A DNA stretch of 64,000 bases from Octopus bimaculoides. Lineage: Eukaryota. The DNA lies in NCBI RefSeq assembly GCF_001194135.2, contig NC_068988.1:91961713-92025712 (forward strand), read 5' to 3'. The position numbers and the translations under genes were made by a program. Positions 38,400 to 52,543 of the stretch are shown piece by piece (the stretch's first letter is position 1; every line of letters begins with the position of its first letter). The notes beneath the pieces were generated by a model. The model did not search any database. It was not told where the DNA came from and saw only the letters and a list, made by a program, of their open reading frames with translations.

Positions 38400-40560
38400 A
38401 CATTCTTCACTTCCTGGTCCTTCTGAGATGATATAATACACACATAGGATGCCCTCACCCCATACATTCAACTAAATCCAAACAGTTTGCAGCAAGAAGC
38501 ATCACTAGAAGCAGAGAAGAGCAAAGGTCTAAAGGACTAAAGCAAATGCATGCATTTGAACTTCAATGAAGATGAAATTAATCTGATCCTGCCTGACAGG
38601 ATAGACAAGCCAGAACTGAAGTAATTCTAGGTACAGAGGAATTGGCTTGCAACTGAAACTCAAAGATGACGATGCAGAAAACAAGAGTACGTTTCTCAAG
38701 CAAATAAAATTCAGCTTTCAACTGAGATTCCAAAGCAAACAGACAGGACACTCAGGCAGATACCTCAAGTAGAGTAATTTGGTTTTCAACAGAATCAAAG
38801 ACAAGAGATATCTCTATCAAGTGTAGCATTATAGTTTAGAGCCAACAGGAAAAATAAGGTCAGAAAGCTTGGCACTTTTTGCAACAAGCTCACTTTGAAC
38901 AAGTCATTTCTGAGTGAACCATAGACTCTTTTCTCTTGAAGTTCCAGGAAAGTTTTGAACATAGCTTGAACATCCATATCAATTAGTCTTCCTTGACCAA
39001 AAACATGTATTATTACTATTACACAAATTCCAAGTATTTAGAAAAGAAATAGGTTTTAAAATAGATCACACATCAACTTCAAGCAAGTATTGCTGAACTT
39101 CTGTCAACAGTGAACACAGAGCAAAACATTGTCTTGCTAAAGTCATCATCTCTTTAAATGACAAACAAGGTATAAAATTTTGTGTTTGAAGGCATGTGGA
39201 GATACAAAAAAGATTTATGTGCCAAACATCATACTGGATTGTCACCAACTTCAAAGAGATTGCACTTGCTATATTGCTGTATCTGGAATTTCAGCTATTT
39301 TGCCCCCACAAAGAGAGATCCCTTCAAATGCAAGATTCCTATTTAAATAACTACTGAATGAAATTGCAGCTGACCTATCAAGTGATGAGATACTTATAGA
39401 ACATAAATAAATCTCTGATTAGGTGGAAACTTATAAAATGTATGAGACTGCAACAAGCCATTAGCTGTACTGCTGTCTGGTGACTTGAAGCAAATTTTGC
39501 CAAGTTGTATACCACTGTGCAAGACCACAAATTGTTGAAGTAATTGTTGGGATCACGTGGAAACAATGGAGCTGAAAACCAAGCCTTGACTATATGTAAT
39601 CCTGATGAATGAGAAATTGCAAATTACCTTCTAGAAGTAGGGAAAGGGTAACATTTCTACTGAGCTAAAATAAGCATATTAAAAATCCTTCTCCTTAATA
39701 ACCTTTGCCCTGCATATAGTAATCTCCCTGAACTATGCAATTTGGTTGGGTGAATGAATTCAAGTGGACTAGATTCCCAGATGACAGAAGATGTAAAAAA
39801 AAACAAAATAAAAACTCTTTAAGTATATTATGAAGATCAATATTTGATTTCATAAAACTACTCTACTTTTTCCACCACACATTCATGAATGAAAGAAGGA
39901 AAATTGCATCATACTTTTGAGAAACTTAGATCCTATAAATTGGATATTCTAATGGTACATTACAAGCTACAGCATCATCTTACATAAATAATTCTATGAT
40001 TGAAGCTGAGGTGGCATCAAGGCCCAATGCTGGAACCAAGCTGTTGATTCCAAAAGATACCTCTTGTGTTTCAAGATATGGAGTTATTTTTCATGATTAC
40101 TTGCAACCAATTTCCTGTCAATCAAGCCTTTACTTGAGATGCAACATGGCACAGAAGCAGACAATTGAACAGATTGGAATATACCTATCAACACGATTCT
40201 TCTTACATGGTCAAATGTATATTGGAGTTTGGAAGAAAGCAAATGTAAAAGGCTGGAAGAAATGAAAAAGATACATTCCCTGACAACTGTTTCTACTATC
40301 ATATAATGTCTACACTTCACCCTATTTTGAATGGAATTAATATGTAGTTTCTTTTGTTGTTAGAACAAGAAAATACAATGGGTCAGTTGGAAGAGTCACT
40401 GAATGGCAAAACAAGCATTCAGCAGAAGCTGGAAGAAGTATTGCATGAGAGCAGTGTTTCTTCTAGGAGAGGTCCCTCAACCTTCGACCACTCAGTTAAG
40501 TTTCTACAAGAATCATTAAGCTGTGTGGTTAAAGCCAATCTTAAGGTGTAGTTACAAACA
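38400..40560 (-). mobile_element. Heavily decayed DDE transposase remnant, possibly hAT (hATm-like)
   Basis: Minus-strand pieces in the expected order: (H)CIFLF*QQK..VKCRHYMIVETVV (~40320), resembling GAC..LEQ...ACRHH..E.V; and LHIVKAWFSAPLFPRDPNN (~39590), resembling YVKAWF.AP.A..AP.ND. Many stops; the family call is from memory. Confidence 0.35.
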
Positions 40561-40599
40561 CAAATGGCTGTGTTATAAATAGCTGCACTGACTGATCAG

Positions 40600-41330
40600 T
40601 ATCACAACAACCACTGAGTTGAACTTTCGCAATCATTATTGATCTGTCATCAGAACCATCACTGATCTTTCACAACAATTAGCATACTGAACTGGGTCAG
40701 TATAACTATCAGTGGACAACTTCAATACAGTCGACACTATATCTATAAAAGCCTTGTCATTAGTCAACACTATATAAAAGCTATGCTGATAAAAAGCCAC
40801 CAGAGTTGTCATTGAGCTGTGTCATGCAATCCGAACAGAATGTTTCATTTGGATAAACTCAGAGCTGAGATATTATAACCACCATTAAGTTGTGTCATTA
40901 CATCACAATAAATACTCAGATGAGTCATTACAACCACCACTGAGCTCACAGAACAACTAGTCATAAGTCAACACTGAGTTCACACAACAACTGAGTCATT
41001 ACAGTTGACACCTAGTTCACACTACAACTACTTGTATGCTGCACCATATTTCAAATCAACGCCCTGCTATGTTGTTCTTAACAGTTTTTCTGATATATTT
41101 ATGATGACTGAGCTCTGTCAACATAAAAAAAAAAACTGTTGACGTCTTTCTTTACTTGCATTATTGAGCTGTGTCATTCAAGCAACTGATGGTATGTCAT
41201 TACAACCAGCTCTGATATGTATCATTAGAAACCAAAGGGTTGTGTCAATGCAACCATAGCAAATCTATGTCACTGCAACCAATACTGACCTCGCCTGCAT
41301 TGTAACCACCACTGCTGAGTTGTGCCCAGT
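40600..41330. repeat. Degenerate minisatellite, ~24-nt unit (ctgagttgtgtcattacaaccacca)
   Basis: Recurrent gtcattacaacc / accactgag motifs through the region. Confidence 0.6.
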
Positions 41331-41455
41331 AAATCATTAAATATTTTGAAGCGATTTCACACTGTATTTATTTCATTCATTCTTACAAATGTTTAGATGT
41401 TATTTAACTAAACTTTTTTTCTTTTTCATAATTCATTGATGCTAGTTCCACCTGA

Positions 41456-41645
41456 CTGGCCTCAATGCCGGTGACACATAAAAAGCACCCACTACACTCA
41501 CGGAGTGGTTGTAGTTAGGAAGGGAATCCAGCTGTAGAAACCTTGCCAGATTGGAACCTGGTGCAGCCTCCTGGCTTGCCAGTCCTCAGTCAAAATGTCT
41601 AACCCATGCCAGCAAGGAAAGTGGACATTAAACAGTGATGATGAT
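41456..41645 (+). mobile_element. SINE-like family C, 3' part, opposite orientation; similar copy at ~43110-43297
   Basis: ggttgtagttaggaagggaatccagctgtagaaac...gatgatgat tail. Confidence 0.8.
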
Positions 41646-41812
41646 AGATAGATAAACTGAAACAGTTTGAAACTGTTTCATGCTACTGTGATTCTTCAGT
41701 GATATGAAACCCTAGATACAAAAAGTTTCAGTTTCAATAAAATTACCATATCCTCAACATGTATTGAGCATTCCTCTCTTTCAGCTGGCATAAACCAACA
41801 TATGTATACACC

Positions 41813-41846
<34 letters not shown>

Positions 41847-43355
41847 TAAATATGTATACATATATAACATTAACTAGCAGAAAGAAGCAGCCTTGATGGG
41901 ATCCAGAACATAAAGAGTTATACCTAAATACCCCAAGGCATTTTGTCTGATATACTAACAATGATGATTTCTTTTATTTGCCTCCAGGGCAATGGGTGGG
42001 GCGGGGTTGAGATTTAATAAATAACAAAACAAATAAGGTTAATTTTATATATTTACAGTATCTATAATGAATATATTGTTGTATCATAAAGTTAGTAATA
42101 TGAAAAAGAGAATTTGTAAAGTCTTGGGGGTTAGATTGAATGGGGAGGGGTGCATTAGGAGTGGGGGACAGGCATGTTGAAAGAAAGAAGAAAAATAAAG
42201 TCATCAGTTTATACAAGGTCATGACCTCTCTTCTGAACAAAGGGTTGTAAAAATAGCCCATCACCTGGCTGAACAAGAGAGCAGGTCATACTGTAGTTTT
42301 GTAACAGCTGGGTAAGAAAGGATAGACAGTGGGAGTATAAAAGAATATCAGTATATTGTTCTCTCCTACATCACCTGCATACACCACTCTGTCACTTCTT
42401 ACTAATGCCTGCCTTATATCACTTCTTCTTCTACATGGTACAATGATTTCTAACATTTCCAGAGGGCCAGAGATAAAAAGGAGTCACATGATGTCTCTCT
42501 CACATATCTAACACAGTCTGTTGTTAAATTTCAATGAGCTAAGATTATCCAAAAATTTAGTAATCAAAAACACCTAGGAACACTTAAACACACCTAAAAA
42601 CAACAGAGATAATTCCAATAAAAGCAGTTGATAGAAAATTTAGGACAATATGTAGATTGTAGGGAACTTCATGTTTAAAGTGAACTAGGATCTTGTCGAG
42701 TTTCATCCAACTACTTGAAGTATTTTAAATGTTCAGATCATTTAAAAAAAATATAGTTTTGCATGTTGATAAAAAATTCTCATTCATATATTTCTAGAAA
42801 TTAATATCTAAAGAAGTTACAAAAGTAGAAAATTTGAAATATTTCAAATAGTTGGAAGAACAGGTGAAAACAATGGATATGTTTAAGGAATTTTCAGAAG
42901 ATGTCAGTTTCTAAAACTTAATGCCTTACTATCAGAATTCTCTCCTGAGGTATTTTCCCTCGGTTATATTGTCGATATATCAAATCTAGTACATGACTAG
43001 TGTATACTTTATCAGTTCTGGAAAGATGAGAGGCAACGTTAACTGAAGGAGACAAAAACCAGATAATATGGCCCAATATTTTTTTCCAAGTCCCCTGAAC
43101 CAGTGACACATAAAAGACACCCAGTACATTCTATGGAGTGGTTGTTGCTAGGAAGGGCATTCAGCTGCAGAAACCAAGCCAAAACAGGTAAGAGTCTGGT
43201 GTAGCTCTCTGGCTTTATCAGTTCTAGTTCCAGTCAAAATGCCCAACCCATACCAGCGTGGGAAACAGATGCTAAATGATTATGATTATGATGATGAGTA
43301 GAGAATGAGATGAAATTACAATCAGGAAAGACAATAGTGTTTGTTAGTCTTTTTT

Positions 43356-43386
<31 letters not shown>

Positions 43387-43789
43387 GTATTATAAACCTT
43401 TTAAATTCGTGTCCAAGTTAACTTTATCCTTTTGATGGATATAAAGTAAGTCCCAGTCAAATACTGACATCAGTCTACCCAGCAATACTCTCGTTTCCAC
43501 AAGTTTCAACCTTTGTGAAATTTTTAGTTGAAGAGATTCTGCTTTAGTAGATTCTATCCATCATACAAGAATGGAAATCAAAGTAAAACCAGCCTGATGT
43601 ATAAATAGAATACAGAAGTACTAAGTGCTGTAAGCAATCTAGTCTAACATTTCACTGTTCTTGAAGAGGATCACACATATTTAGAAGGGGGGAAAAAATA
43701 GGATGGTGCAACACTGATTACCTTTTAGAAAGGCCTCATTGGCATAAATCAAGCAGAAAATGGGGTTAATTATTAGTTATACCTGACAC

Positions 43790-43996
43790 TTAACCCTTTT
43801 GTGACCATATTTCTGTTGAAATACTGCTTTTATTTCAAATAATGTTGAAATGATGAAGTTAGCAGAATAATTTCTTCAATAAGTTTATGTTTGGAATAAA
43901 AATTAATGAGAAATTTCGCTGGAAAGTTTAAATTTAGATCTCTTTAAAACAAAAGAAAAAAGCCTATATCAGGCAAGTTGGTGTTGAATAGGTTAA
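43790..43996. mobile_element. piggyBac-type MITE (family 2)
   Basis: TTAA-ccttttgtgaccatatttctgttgaaatac ... ggTTAA; related copies at ~29916-30100, ~49797-50002, ~58048-58262 and ~60497-60695. Confidence 0.6.
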
Positions 43997-44074
43997 ACAA
44001 CAACGTTACTACTTATGATTAGTTTACAAAATATTTCTCTAGTAACATTGAATATCAGTGAAGTTTAGACAATA

Positions 44075-44302
44075 TTAACCCTTTAGAATTTAAGTCGGCC
44101 AAATCTGGCCCAACTATTCAACTTGTTTCAGATGTAGACTGGCCAGATCTGGCCCCTCAGACCTACCTATCAATGTCATTCTGAAAAAATAAATAATATT
44201 ATCGAAATCTTGAAGCTATGAGAAAACGCATGTTTAATTTCAAGACAATATCAATGAATAAACATTGCATTTGACCAAGTAATTTGAATGTTAAAGGGTT
44301 AA
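44075..44302. mobile_element. piggyBac-type MITE (family 1), complete
   Basis: TTAA-ccctttag ... ttaaaggg-TTAA; internal sequence similar to 53840-54056. Confidence 0.85.
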
Positions 44303-44959
44303 AAGTGTTTTCTAAAAGGCAAAAGAGAGAGGTGGAGTGGGAGACAGACAGAAGACAGGTGAATTTAGGCATGATGGGACATGACAGCTTTGGCAAAATA
44401 GGCTTTACAGTTGCTGTGTATATGTGCATATATATGTGTGTGTGTAAAATATATATATTTATCGAAGTAGAACAAGGAACCATGAAACATAGTACATCCC
44501 TTTCCACCACCTATCCACTACCATAATTACTACTACCAGTACCATGGCCACAAATCTTCAATAAAGATCTAGGTCTCTCTCCCTCTACCATTCCTCTCTA
44601 TACATTTCTGTAAATTGGTTTCAAAAGGAGCTGCACCTGCACTAGGACTGCTGGATTAAAGTGTAGAAAGAGGGGAAAGGATTAACATTATTACTATCAC
44701 TACTACAAGAGGTGGCAGTGGTAATAGTAGTAGTAGTAGCAGCAGTAGCAGCAGCAGCAGAGGTGTTGGTGGTGGTGACTGATGCAGTTGAAATATAAAC
44801 AGCATCAACAGAAACCCCCACTTCCTTTACAAAGCTATTGTGTACTCCCTAGTTCGCTCCCTTCCACCATAATGAACTGGAATTATATACGTGTACGCAT
44901 GGAAGCATGCACCCATCTTTTTCATACATACATGGACAGATGTGATTGTATATTTGTAT

Positions 44960-45013
<54 letters not shown>

Positions 45014-45023
45014 NNNNNNNNNN

Positions 45024-45171
45024 CCAGTGCGTAACTGGTACTTATTTAATCGACCCTGAAAGGATGAAAGGCAAAGTCGACCTCGGCGGAATTTGAACTC
45101 AGAACGTAGCGGGCAGACGAAATACCGCTGAGCATTTCGCCCGGCGTGCTAACGTTTCTGCCAGCTCGCCG
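45024..45171 (-). mobile_element. SINE family B (tRNA-derived), young copy
   Basis: Minus strand ggcgagctggcagaaacgttag...ctgagttcaaattccgccgaggtcgactttgcctttcatcct (A/B boxes). Confidence 0.88.
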
Positions 45172-45690
45172 TGTGTGTGTGTGTGTGTGTGTGTTCCTTT
45201 ATTCCTTTACTTGTTTCAGTCATTTTTACTGTGGCCATGCTGGAGCACTCCCTTTGAGGGTTTTTTGGTCTCTTTTACTGAACTGCTAGGTTACAAGGAA
45301 CACACCAACATCATATACATGACACTGAAGCTCATAGGAGCTTCCTATGCGTTGTTAAGTTAAAATTCTGTTGTGGTCAACTTTGATTTTCCACTTTTCA
45401 GAAGCAAGAAAACAAAGTGCCAGCAAGAGAAGCAAGGAGGAAAGGGGGTGGGTGGGGGTGGATTGAGCAATATCAGAGTGTTTCAACTCAATGCATTCTG
45501 ACTGAAAATTTCACCTCTGTTCACAGGAAAAACAATGGGTCTTTTGGAACCTGGCAAAGAACAGTGGTGAGCTTGTGAAGACTAAGCAAATGCTCAAGTA
45601 TTTCATCAGGTACCATCCATGCCAGCAAAACAGCTCACAGAAAAAAGGATGCAAGGAACCTTGCACTCAACAGATGATTGACTACATATA

Positions 45691-46116
45691 CTCTCTCTTT
45701 TTTACTCTTTTACTTGCTTCAGTCATTTGACTGTGGCCATGCTGGAGCACCGCCTTTATAGACAAGCAAATCGACCCCAGAGCTTATTCTTTGTAAGCCT
45801 AGTACTTATTCTATCGGTCTCTTTTGCCGAACCGCTAAGTTACGGGGACGTAAACACACCAGCATCGGTTGTCAAGCGATGCTGGGGGGACAAACAGACA
45901 CACACACACACATACATACATACATATATACACACACAGATATACATATACACGACAGGCTTCTTCCAGTTTCAGTCTACCAAATCCACTCACAAGGCTT
46001 TGGTCGGCCCAAGGCTATAGTAGAAGACACTTGCCCAAAGTGCCACGCAGTGGGACTGAACCCGGGACCAAGTGGTTGGTAAGCAAGCTACTTACCACAC
46101 AGCCACTCCTGCGCCT
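45691..46116 (-). mobile_element. SINE family A, full-length copy
   Basis: Reverse complement of 60867-61254 along its whole length. Confidence 0.9.
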
Positions 46117-46221
46117 ATGTATATATTTTATACATATATAACATATTTATGTACACACACACACTAAAGCATGCCTGCCAGAAAAAGCAAGCATTTGATG
46201 ATGATGGTCTGTGTGTGTGTG

Positions 46222-46253
<32 letters not shown>

Positions 46254-48673
46254 TGCGTGTGTGATCATTATCTATCTTTGCTACATCCCTGCCAGTCTGA
46301 AGGGATGACTAAAAAGAAGAGCATCCATCCATAGAATACTGCCCAAAACAGGACAGCATGAAAAAGCAGATGTATAATGCTGCTGTAGATGATGTATACT
46401 CTAAATATCAACATTTCATATCTATATCAACATACACACGAATATGCAAAGACATTTGTGTATGGGTGTGGATGTGTATGCATACATATATCACATGTAT
46501 GTGTATGACTAGATGCATGTGAGTGCACCGGTATACATTCATGCACATGTTAGTTATTTTATTTTTAACAGAAATTATAAAAAAGAAATCTACCATCTTG
46601 GCCAGAGCAAAGGGTGAGGAATGGTAGTTTGATACACAGAAAGAAAAACAAAAAAACAGAAAAACAGTGAGAATTCTTTTCCCTACAATTTCTGTACTGA
46701 TCATATATTATTCAACTAGGTAAGCACTACACACATACAGACACACACACACACACATATGCACCCACTTATGTGTGCGGATATATATATACTTACATAC
46801 ACACACATGTATACATGCACTCGTACATATTTATGAACACATACCACAAATAACATGAGAGAGTGATAGAAACAATAAGTAGGAGACAGTTAATTCTTCT
46901 CCATCACTACTACTGCTGCTGCTGCTACTACTACTACTATTAGAGGGTCAAAATATCCTGCATGTCTTTGAACTGGCAGGAGAAGCTGGAGTGTTCCTGG
47001 CTCACAACTGATACTAGCTGCTTTGGAGCCAAGTAGAGGCGGCAGGAATAGCTACAGAACCTCTCTAACAATTGTCTGGCTCCACTGCTTCCACTGATGC
47101 CATTGCAGTTGCTTGTTGTCATAGGAACCAAAATACTGTTTCCATTGCAATCTGCTAAAATCTATGACATTAACTTTCAACACTCCTGATTTTTGATGGC
47201 AAAAAGTCATGTACAACCCACATGGAGGGCTATTTTAGTATTGGGTATCACCCAACATAGTATATATACTAGTAAAGTATCGTAGGCTTCAATGTAAATC
47301 AACTTTATTCCACTCCTACAAATATGTGACAGCCAGTTTCAATGCATTTTTCATATTTAGTTCTCATTACATGAGTTAAAATTCTATTATAGTCAATCTA
47401 GCCTTTCATGCCTCCTGCAGAGTCAAGAAGTACCAGTAGTATATGTAGGTCATCCTCTACAAAAGTTTATAAGAACAGGCCTATGTAGGAAACTATTATT
47501 ATCGCAGCTAACTTTCAAGGATATTACAAAGATATGAACAAATCCAGCAACAACTTATTAGTTAAAGCAAGAAGTGATATTATGTTTACTTTTTGTTTTC
47601 TGACTTAATCTAAAACAAAAACAAATGTACTCATAGGATTTCCCCCTGAATGGCTTTGCAGGTGTGTGGCACAAGGAGAAGCAAAAAAAAAACAAAACAA
47701 AACAGAACTTGACAAAGTCACTGAGTGGCAAAACACATAGTGTGGGAAAATGACAAGGGATGGGTAACATGAATGGGTTCAGGAAGATGGTGGGGTAGCC
47801 AGGTAGTTGAGAGAAGGAGTTGCTGACACAATTCACTACAGTAGAAAAATATATGTTCTAAGGGTGTTAATGAGTGAAGAAAAGTTTGCTTATCTGCTTA
47901 GTAAGACATACTAGACCAGATAGTGAACAAGTAACAGTGGAAGAGTATTCTGTAGTGTACTGTAAAATAGTCTCATAGAGCTTTTCAACTATTTTCAATT
48001 ACCAGCCCCTTCTTTTACCTTTTACAATTTGTTTGTTTCAGTCGTTAGACTGGAGGCCAAGCTAGGACACTGCCTTGAAGAAACTTAATCAAACAAATTG
48101 GCCCCAGCACTTATTCTTTCTTTAAAACTGGCACATATTCTATCAATCTCTTTTCCCCAAACAGTTAAGTTACAAGAACTTAAACACAAACACACGCAAA
48201 ACTGATGTTAAAGGATGATTATACACACACACACACACACGTTCTCAGACTGGAGCGAACACGACACAATGAAGTAGAGAAATTTGAAAAGACAACACGA
48301 AACCGGTTATTTCTCAAAATACAATGTTTATATACCAAAAAGATTTTCTAACATTTTTCTGATATAATTTAAATGTATACTTTAACCAAGTAACACNNNN
48401 NNNNNNNNNNNNNNNNNNNNNNNNNNNNNNNNNNNNNNNNNNNNNNNNNNNNNNNNNNNNNNNNNNNNNNNNNNNNNNNNNNNNNNNNNNNNNNNNNNNN
48501 NNNNNNNNNNNNNNNNNNNNNNNNNNNNNNNNNNNNNNNNNNNNNNNNNNNNNNNNNNNNNNNNNNNNNNNNNNNNNNNNNNNNNNNNNNNNNNNNNNNN
48601 NNNNNNNNNNNNNNNNNNNNNNNNNNNNNNNNNNNNNNNNNNNNNNNNNNNNNNNNNNNNNNNNNNNNNNNNN

Positions 48674-48800
48674 AGTACTCATTCCATTGGTCTCTTTTGC
48701 CGGACCGCTAAGCTACGGGGACGTAAACACACCAGCATCAGTTGTCAAGCGATGTTGGGGGACAAACACAGACACACAAACATACACACACTCACATACT

Positions 48801-48834
<34 letters not shown>

Positions 48835-48993
48835 CAACGGGCTTCTTTCAGTTTCCGTCTACCAAATCCACTCACAAGGCTTTGGTCGGCCCGAGGCTAT
48901 AGTAGAAGACACTTGCCCAAAGTGTCATGCAGTGTGACTGAACCCGGAACCACGTGGTTGGTAAGCAAGCTATTTACCACACAGCCACTCCTA
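48674..48993 (-). mobile_element. SINE family A, truncated by an N gap
   Basis: Same sequence as 45800-46110. Confidence 0.88.
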
Positions 48994-50937
48994 TGCATAT
49001 ATAATGTTCTCCAGAAAAAATTTCGCAAAACACCAGAACAGGACAAAATGTGAAATATACAGAATAAAAAATTATCTATGGACTGCATTCAAACATTAAC
49101 GTTTTACACACATAACAAATTCTTAAATTGAATTAATATTCAATTTATCACCCTATCTGCATGATTAAAAAGTAAAAAAATAAATACTCATATATTGAGT
49201 TCTACTTCTGTTTCTTATATCATGTTTATGCATGTATATAATAAGAGATATTTTGCATATAGTACAAGAATATTTCTCTGTGCAAGGTTTAACTAGGGGT
49301 GAAAACTAAACCCTGTATACAAATTAACATAAATAAATGCATATTCTATATTTTCTGTGGTTATGGTTACATGTTTCTAAAATGTGTAGATAAAAAGAAG
49401 GACAGTTACTGGTTTTATTTGGTTGTTGCTCCAAAATAGAGCCAGAATCTATCAAGACCAGGTGAAATGTGTAAACCTTTACAGTAAAGTGCTCTACTTT
49501 CAGAGTTTAACATTAAAAATCAAAATCTCAGAAAAGGACTGGTTAGGAACAAATACTTTGCAGATATAACAAAATGTTGCATTTGCAAATAGAAATAATA
49601 TAATAGAATATAAGAATGTGTGTGTGCACGCACAAAATTTATCATTGGGTTCAATGAAATAGGAATGCTCAATTTCAAACATGTCCAAAGAAAATATATA
49701 GAACATGTATATATTCCATTTTAATGAATATATTTAATTTTAATGTACAAAAATTTGTTGATTTTTCATTTCATAAATCTTTTTTTTATATATATATATA
49801 CCAAATTGCTTGAAACCACCCATTGTTCTATAATACAAATTTCCTATTTTAAAGTGATCTAAATAAAAACAACCCATCAAAATTTCATGTCACATCATGT
49901 TCCAAAACCAGCTTAATATTTTACTAAATTTATCATTACTTTCCAAGTTACCTGAAACAAAACCAGTGTATTTCAACAGAAATATGATGACAAATGCGTT
50001 AAGTCATCACACACACCCACACTAAACAACAACTGTATTAAGATAATGGTTATGAAAATATGTGTGTATCAGCACACATGTGTGAATGTGTGATTGCCAT
50101 CTGCTGTACTGAATATGATGGCTTTATATATGAAACAGAATGCAAAATCTATCTTGCAAAACTAACAAATATTAAAATGTATACTAGCTATAAGAACTAA
50201 TCTAAGCTGGAAAATAATCTTATAGTAACATTGTGATTTTATATGGGTTTTTTTAGTAAATTTTTTGAATATGTTGATAAATTTAAGTTGGATAAACTCA
50301 CTAAAACACTGTATAATTTACTAACTGTAAAAAAACTAGATTTTTGTCTATAGTTTATATTTCTGTCAATCTGTTTCTGATGGAAAATCATTTCAGTATC
50401 GATGACAAAAGCATGAATGTCATACCACTTCAGTTCCCTCTTTAGGGAGTCAAAGCTTTTGAGGCAGTAAGCCTTTGAAAAGGGCATAAACAACATACAA
50501 ACTAAGAATTCAACCAAAATCTGTAAAAGCTTGACATTTTCAACTTCATCAACAAATGAACTTAAAAAAGGTAAGACAGCTTGTATCCTGCTGCTCATCT
50601 TGGAAGAAATAGCAACCAAAATTTCCTGTAAATCACACTATAACTTCTTAAAGTGGGAAGGACACACTGAATAAGTAGGCCTGATATACAAAAAGATGAG
50701 ATTAGCAATGGGTTTGTCACAAAGAAAGCATTTGATCTTGGTTTATAGGATTAGGGTGGAACTGGGCCTAAACAATAATAATTTACAAAATTGAAATGTT
50801 TTTTTTCTTTCTACCTGAACACAAAATTGCAGAGAGGAAGAACATTTTATGATTATCCATTTGGTAAATTTATATGCTTAATATATAAACTGTATACATT
50901 GAACTTTGTCAACTGTACAAGACATAAAATTGACATA

Positions 50938-52245
50938 CGAGGGGTGTCTGAAAAGTTTTGAGCCTAACCTAGAATCGGAGCTGCTATATAGTTGAAACAA
51001 TTCTTTCTGGTAAGTACAGTCTTTTCGGAGTATTCTTGCTCATTTTCATGATTCTGATATTTTCTTTTCTTTTTTTTTTTTTTTTTTGCAGATTTTTTAA
51101 TAAACAAGCTGCGAATTTACAAGGAAAATGGAGAAAACTGAGTATCGTGCTGTCAGAAAGTACCTTCATTTGAAAGGCATGACCCCCATCAGAAATCCAT
51201 GAAGATATGGTGAGAACCTTAACAGACAATGCTCCTTCATATGCAACAGTCAAATGCTGGGTAAATGAATTCAAGCATGGCAGGGAGAGTGTGGAAGATG
51301 ATCCATGACCAGGGAGACCAACTACAACCACCAAGGAAAACCTTGACCTTGCTTTTGGTATGATAATGCAAGATCGCCGAATATCGTGTCGTCAGCTAAC
51401 CGAGAGACTGGGCATCTCAACTGAAAGAGCAAGACAACATTGTGACAAAAGNNNNNNNNNNNNNNNNNNNNNNNNNNNNNNNNNNNNNNNNNNNNNNNNN
51501 NNNNNNNNNNNNNNNNNNNNNNNNNNNNNNNNNNNNNNNNNNNNNNNNNNNNNNNNNNNNNNNNNNNNNNNNNNNNNNNNNNNNNNNNNNNNNNNNNNNN
51601 NNNNNNNNNNNNNNNNNNNNNNNNNNNNNNNNNNNNNNNNNNNNNNNNNNNNNNNNNNNNNNNNNNNNNNNNNNNNNNNNNNNNNNNNNNNNNNNNNNNN
51701 NNNNNNNNNNNNNNNNNNNNNNNNNNNNNNNNNNNNNNNNNNNNNNNNNNNNNNNNNNGTCCGTTTTTGGGGGCTCTCAAGGTGTCTTGCTGATCGATTA
51801 CCTTGAAAAGGGTCACACCATGACAGGGCTGTATTATTGTCAGCTATTGAAACGCCTCCAAGAAGCAATCAAAGAAAATGGCCGGGAATGCTCACCAGGG
51901 GAGTCCTTTATCATCACGACAATGCTCCAGCCCACACCTCAGTGGTTGTCATGGCAACAATTCGTGATTGTGGATACAAACTTGTTCCCCATCCGCCAGA
52001 CTTAGCCCCCTCTGACTTTCATCTATTTCCCAAAATGAAAAAAAAACCCTGGCTGGTCGCCATTTTGCCAGTGACAATAACATCATAGACACTGTAGGAA
52101 GTTTCTTGGAATCCCAAACATAAGAGTTCTTCTACACCGGGATAATGGCGCTTCAGCAAGGCTGGAGAAAGTGTTCAGCCATCGAGAGGGACTATGTTGA
52201 AAAATAAATCATCAGTGAGGCTCAAGACTTTTCAGACACCCCTCG
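50938..52245 (+). mobile_element. mariner (DD34D, probably irritans-like) transposon, full length, inactive
   Basis: TA flanks; 28-bp TIRs cgaggggtgtctgaaaagt(t/c)ttgagcct with 1 mismatch. Transposase ATG 51128 (MEKTEYRAVRKYLHLKGM) ... LIDYLEKGHTMTG ... HHDNAPAHTS ... HPPDLAPSDFHLFPKMK ... GDYVEK* at 52207; frameshifts and an N gap. Confidence 0.95.
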
Positions 52246-52519
52246 TAATCTACTTTGAAAAGCTAAAATGTTAACAAACACATCTTACATATCAATGTAA
52301 GATGTGTTTGTTAAAATTTTAGTTTGTTAAGGACATTAATCAACAGTGACCCTATTTCTACAAATGAAAATAAAATCTGTGCGATTCTGTTAAGTTTGAA
52401 AAGAAATCAAAAATATTGAAAGATTTAATAAGATATCTTTTTCTCAATGCAGGTTTTGATGGCATTGCAATCATGCTGAACAAGCCATATTAGCTTGTTA
52501 TATTTTGAAAAGGGTCACA

Positions 52520-52543
52520 CCCTAACCCTAACCCTAACCCTAA
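52520..52543. repeat. Short interstitial telomere-type tract (CCCTAA)4
   Basis: Four exact CCCTAA units. Confidence 0.9.

Noticed and set aside
45441-45462. G-rich tracts as G-quadruplexes (also ~20094-20112)
   Set aside because: Short, low-complexity and on the non-transcript strand; no evidence of function.
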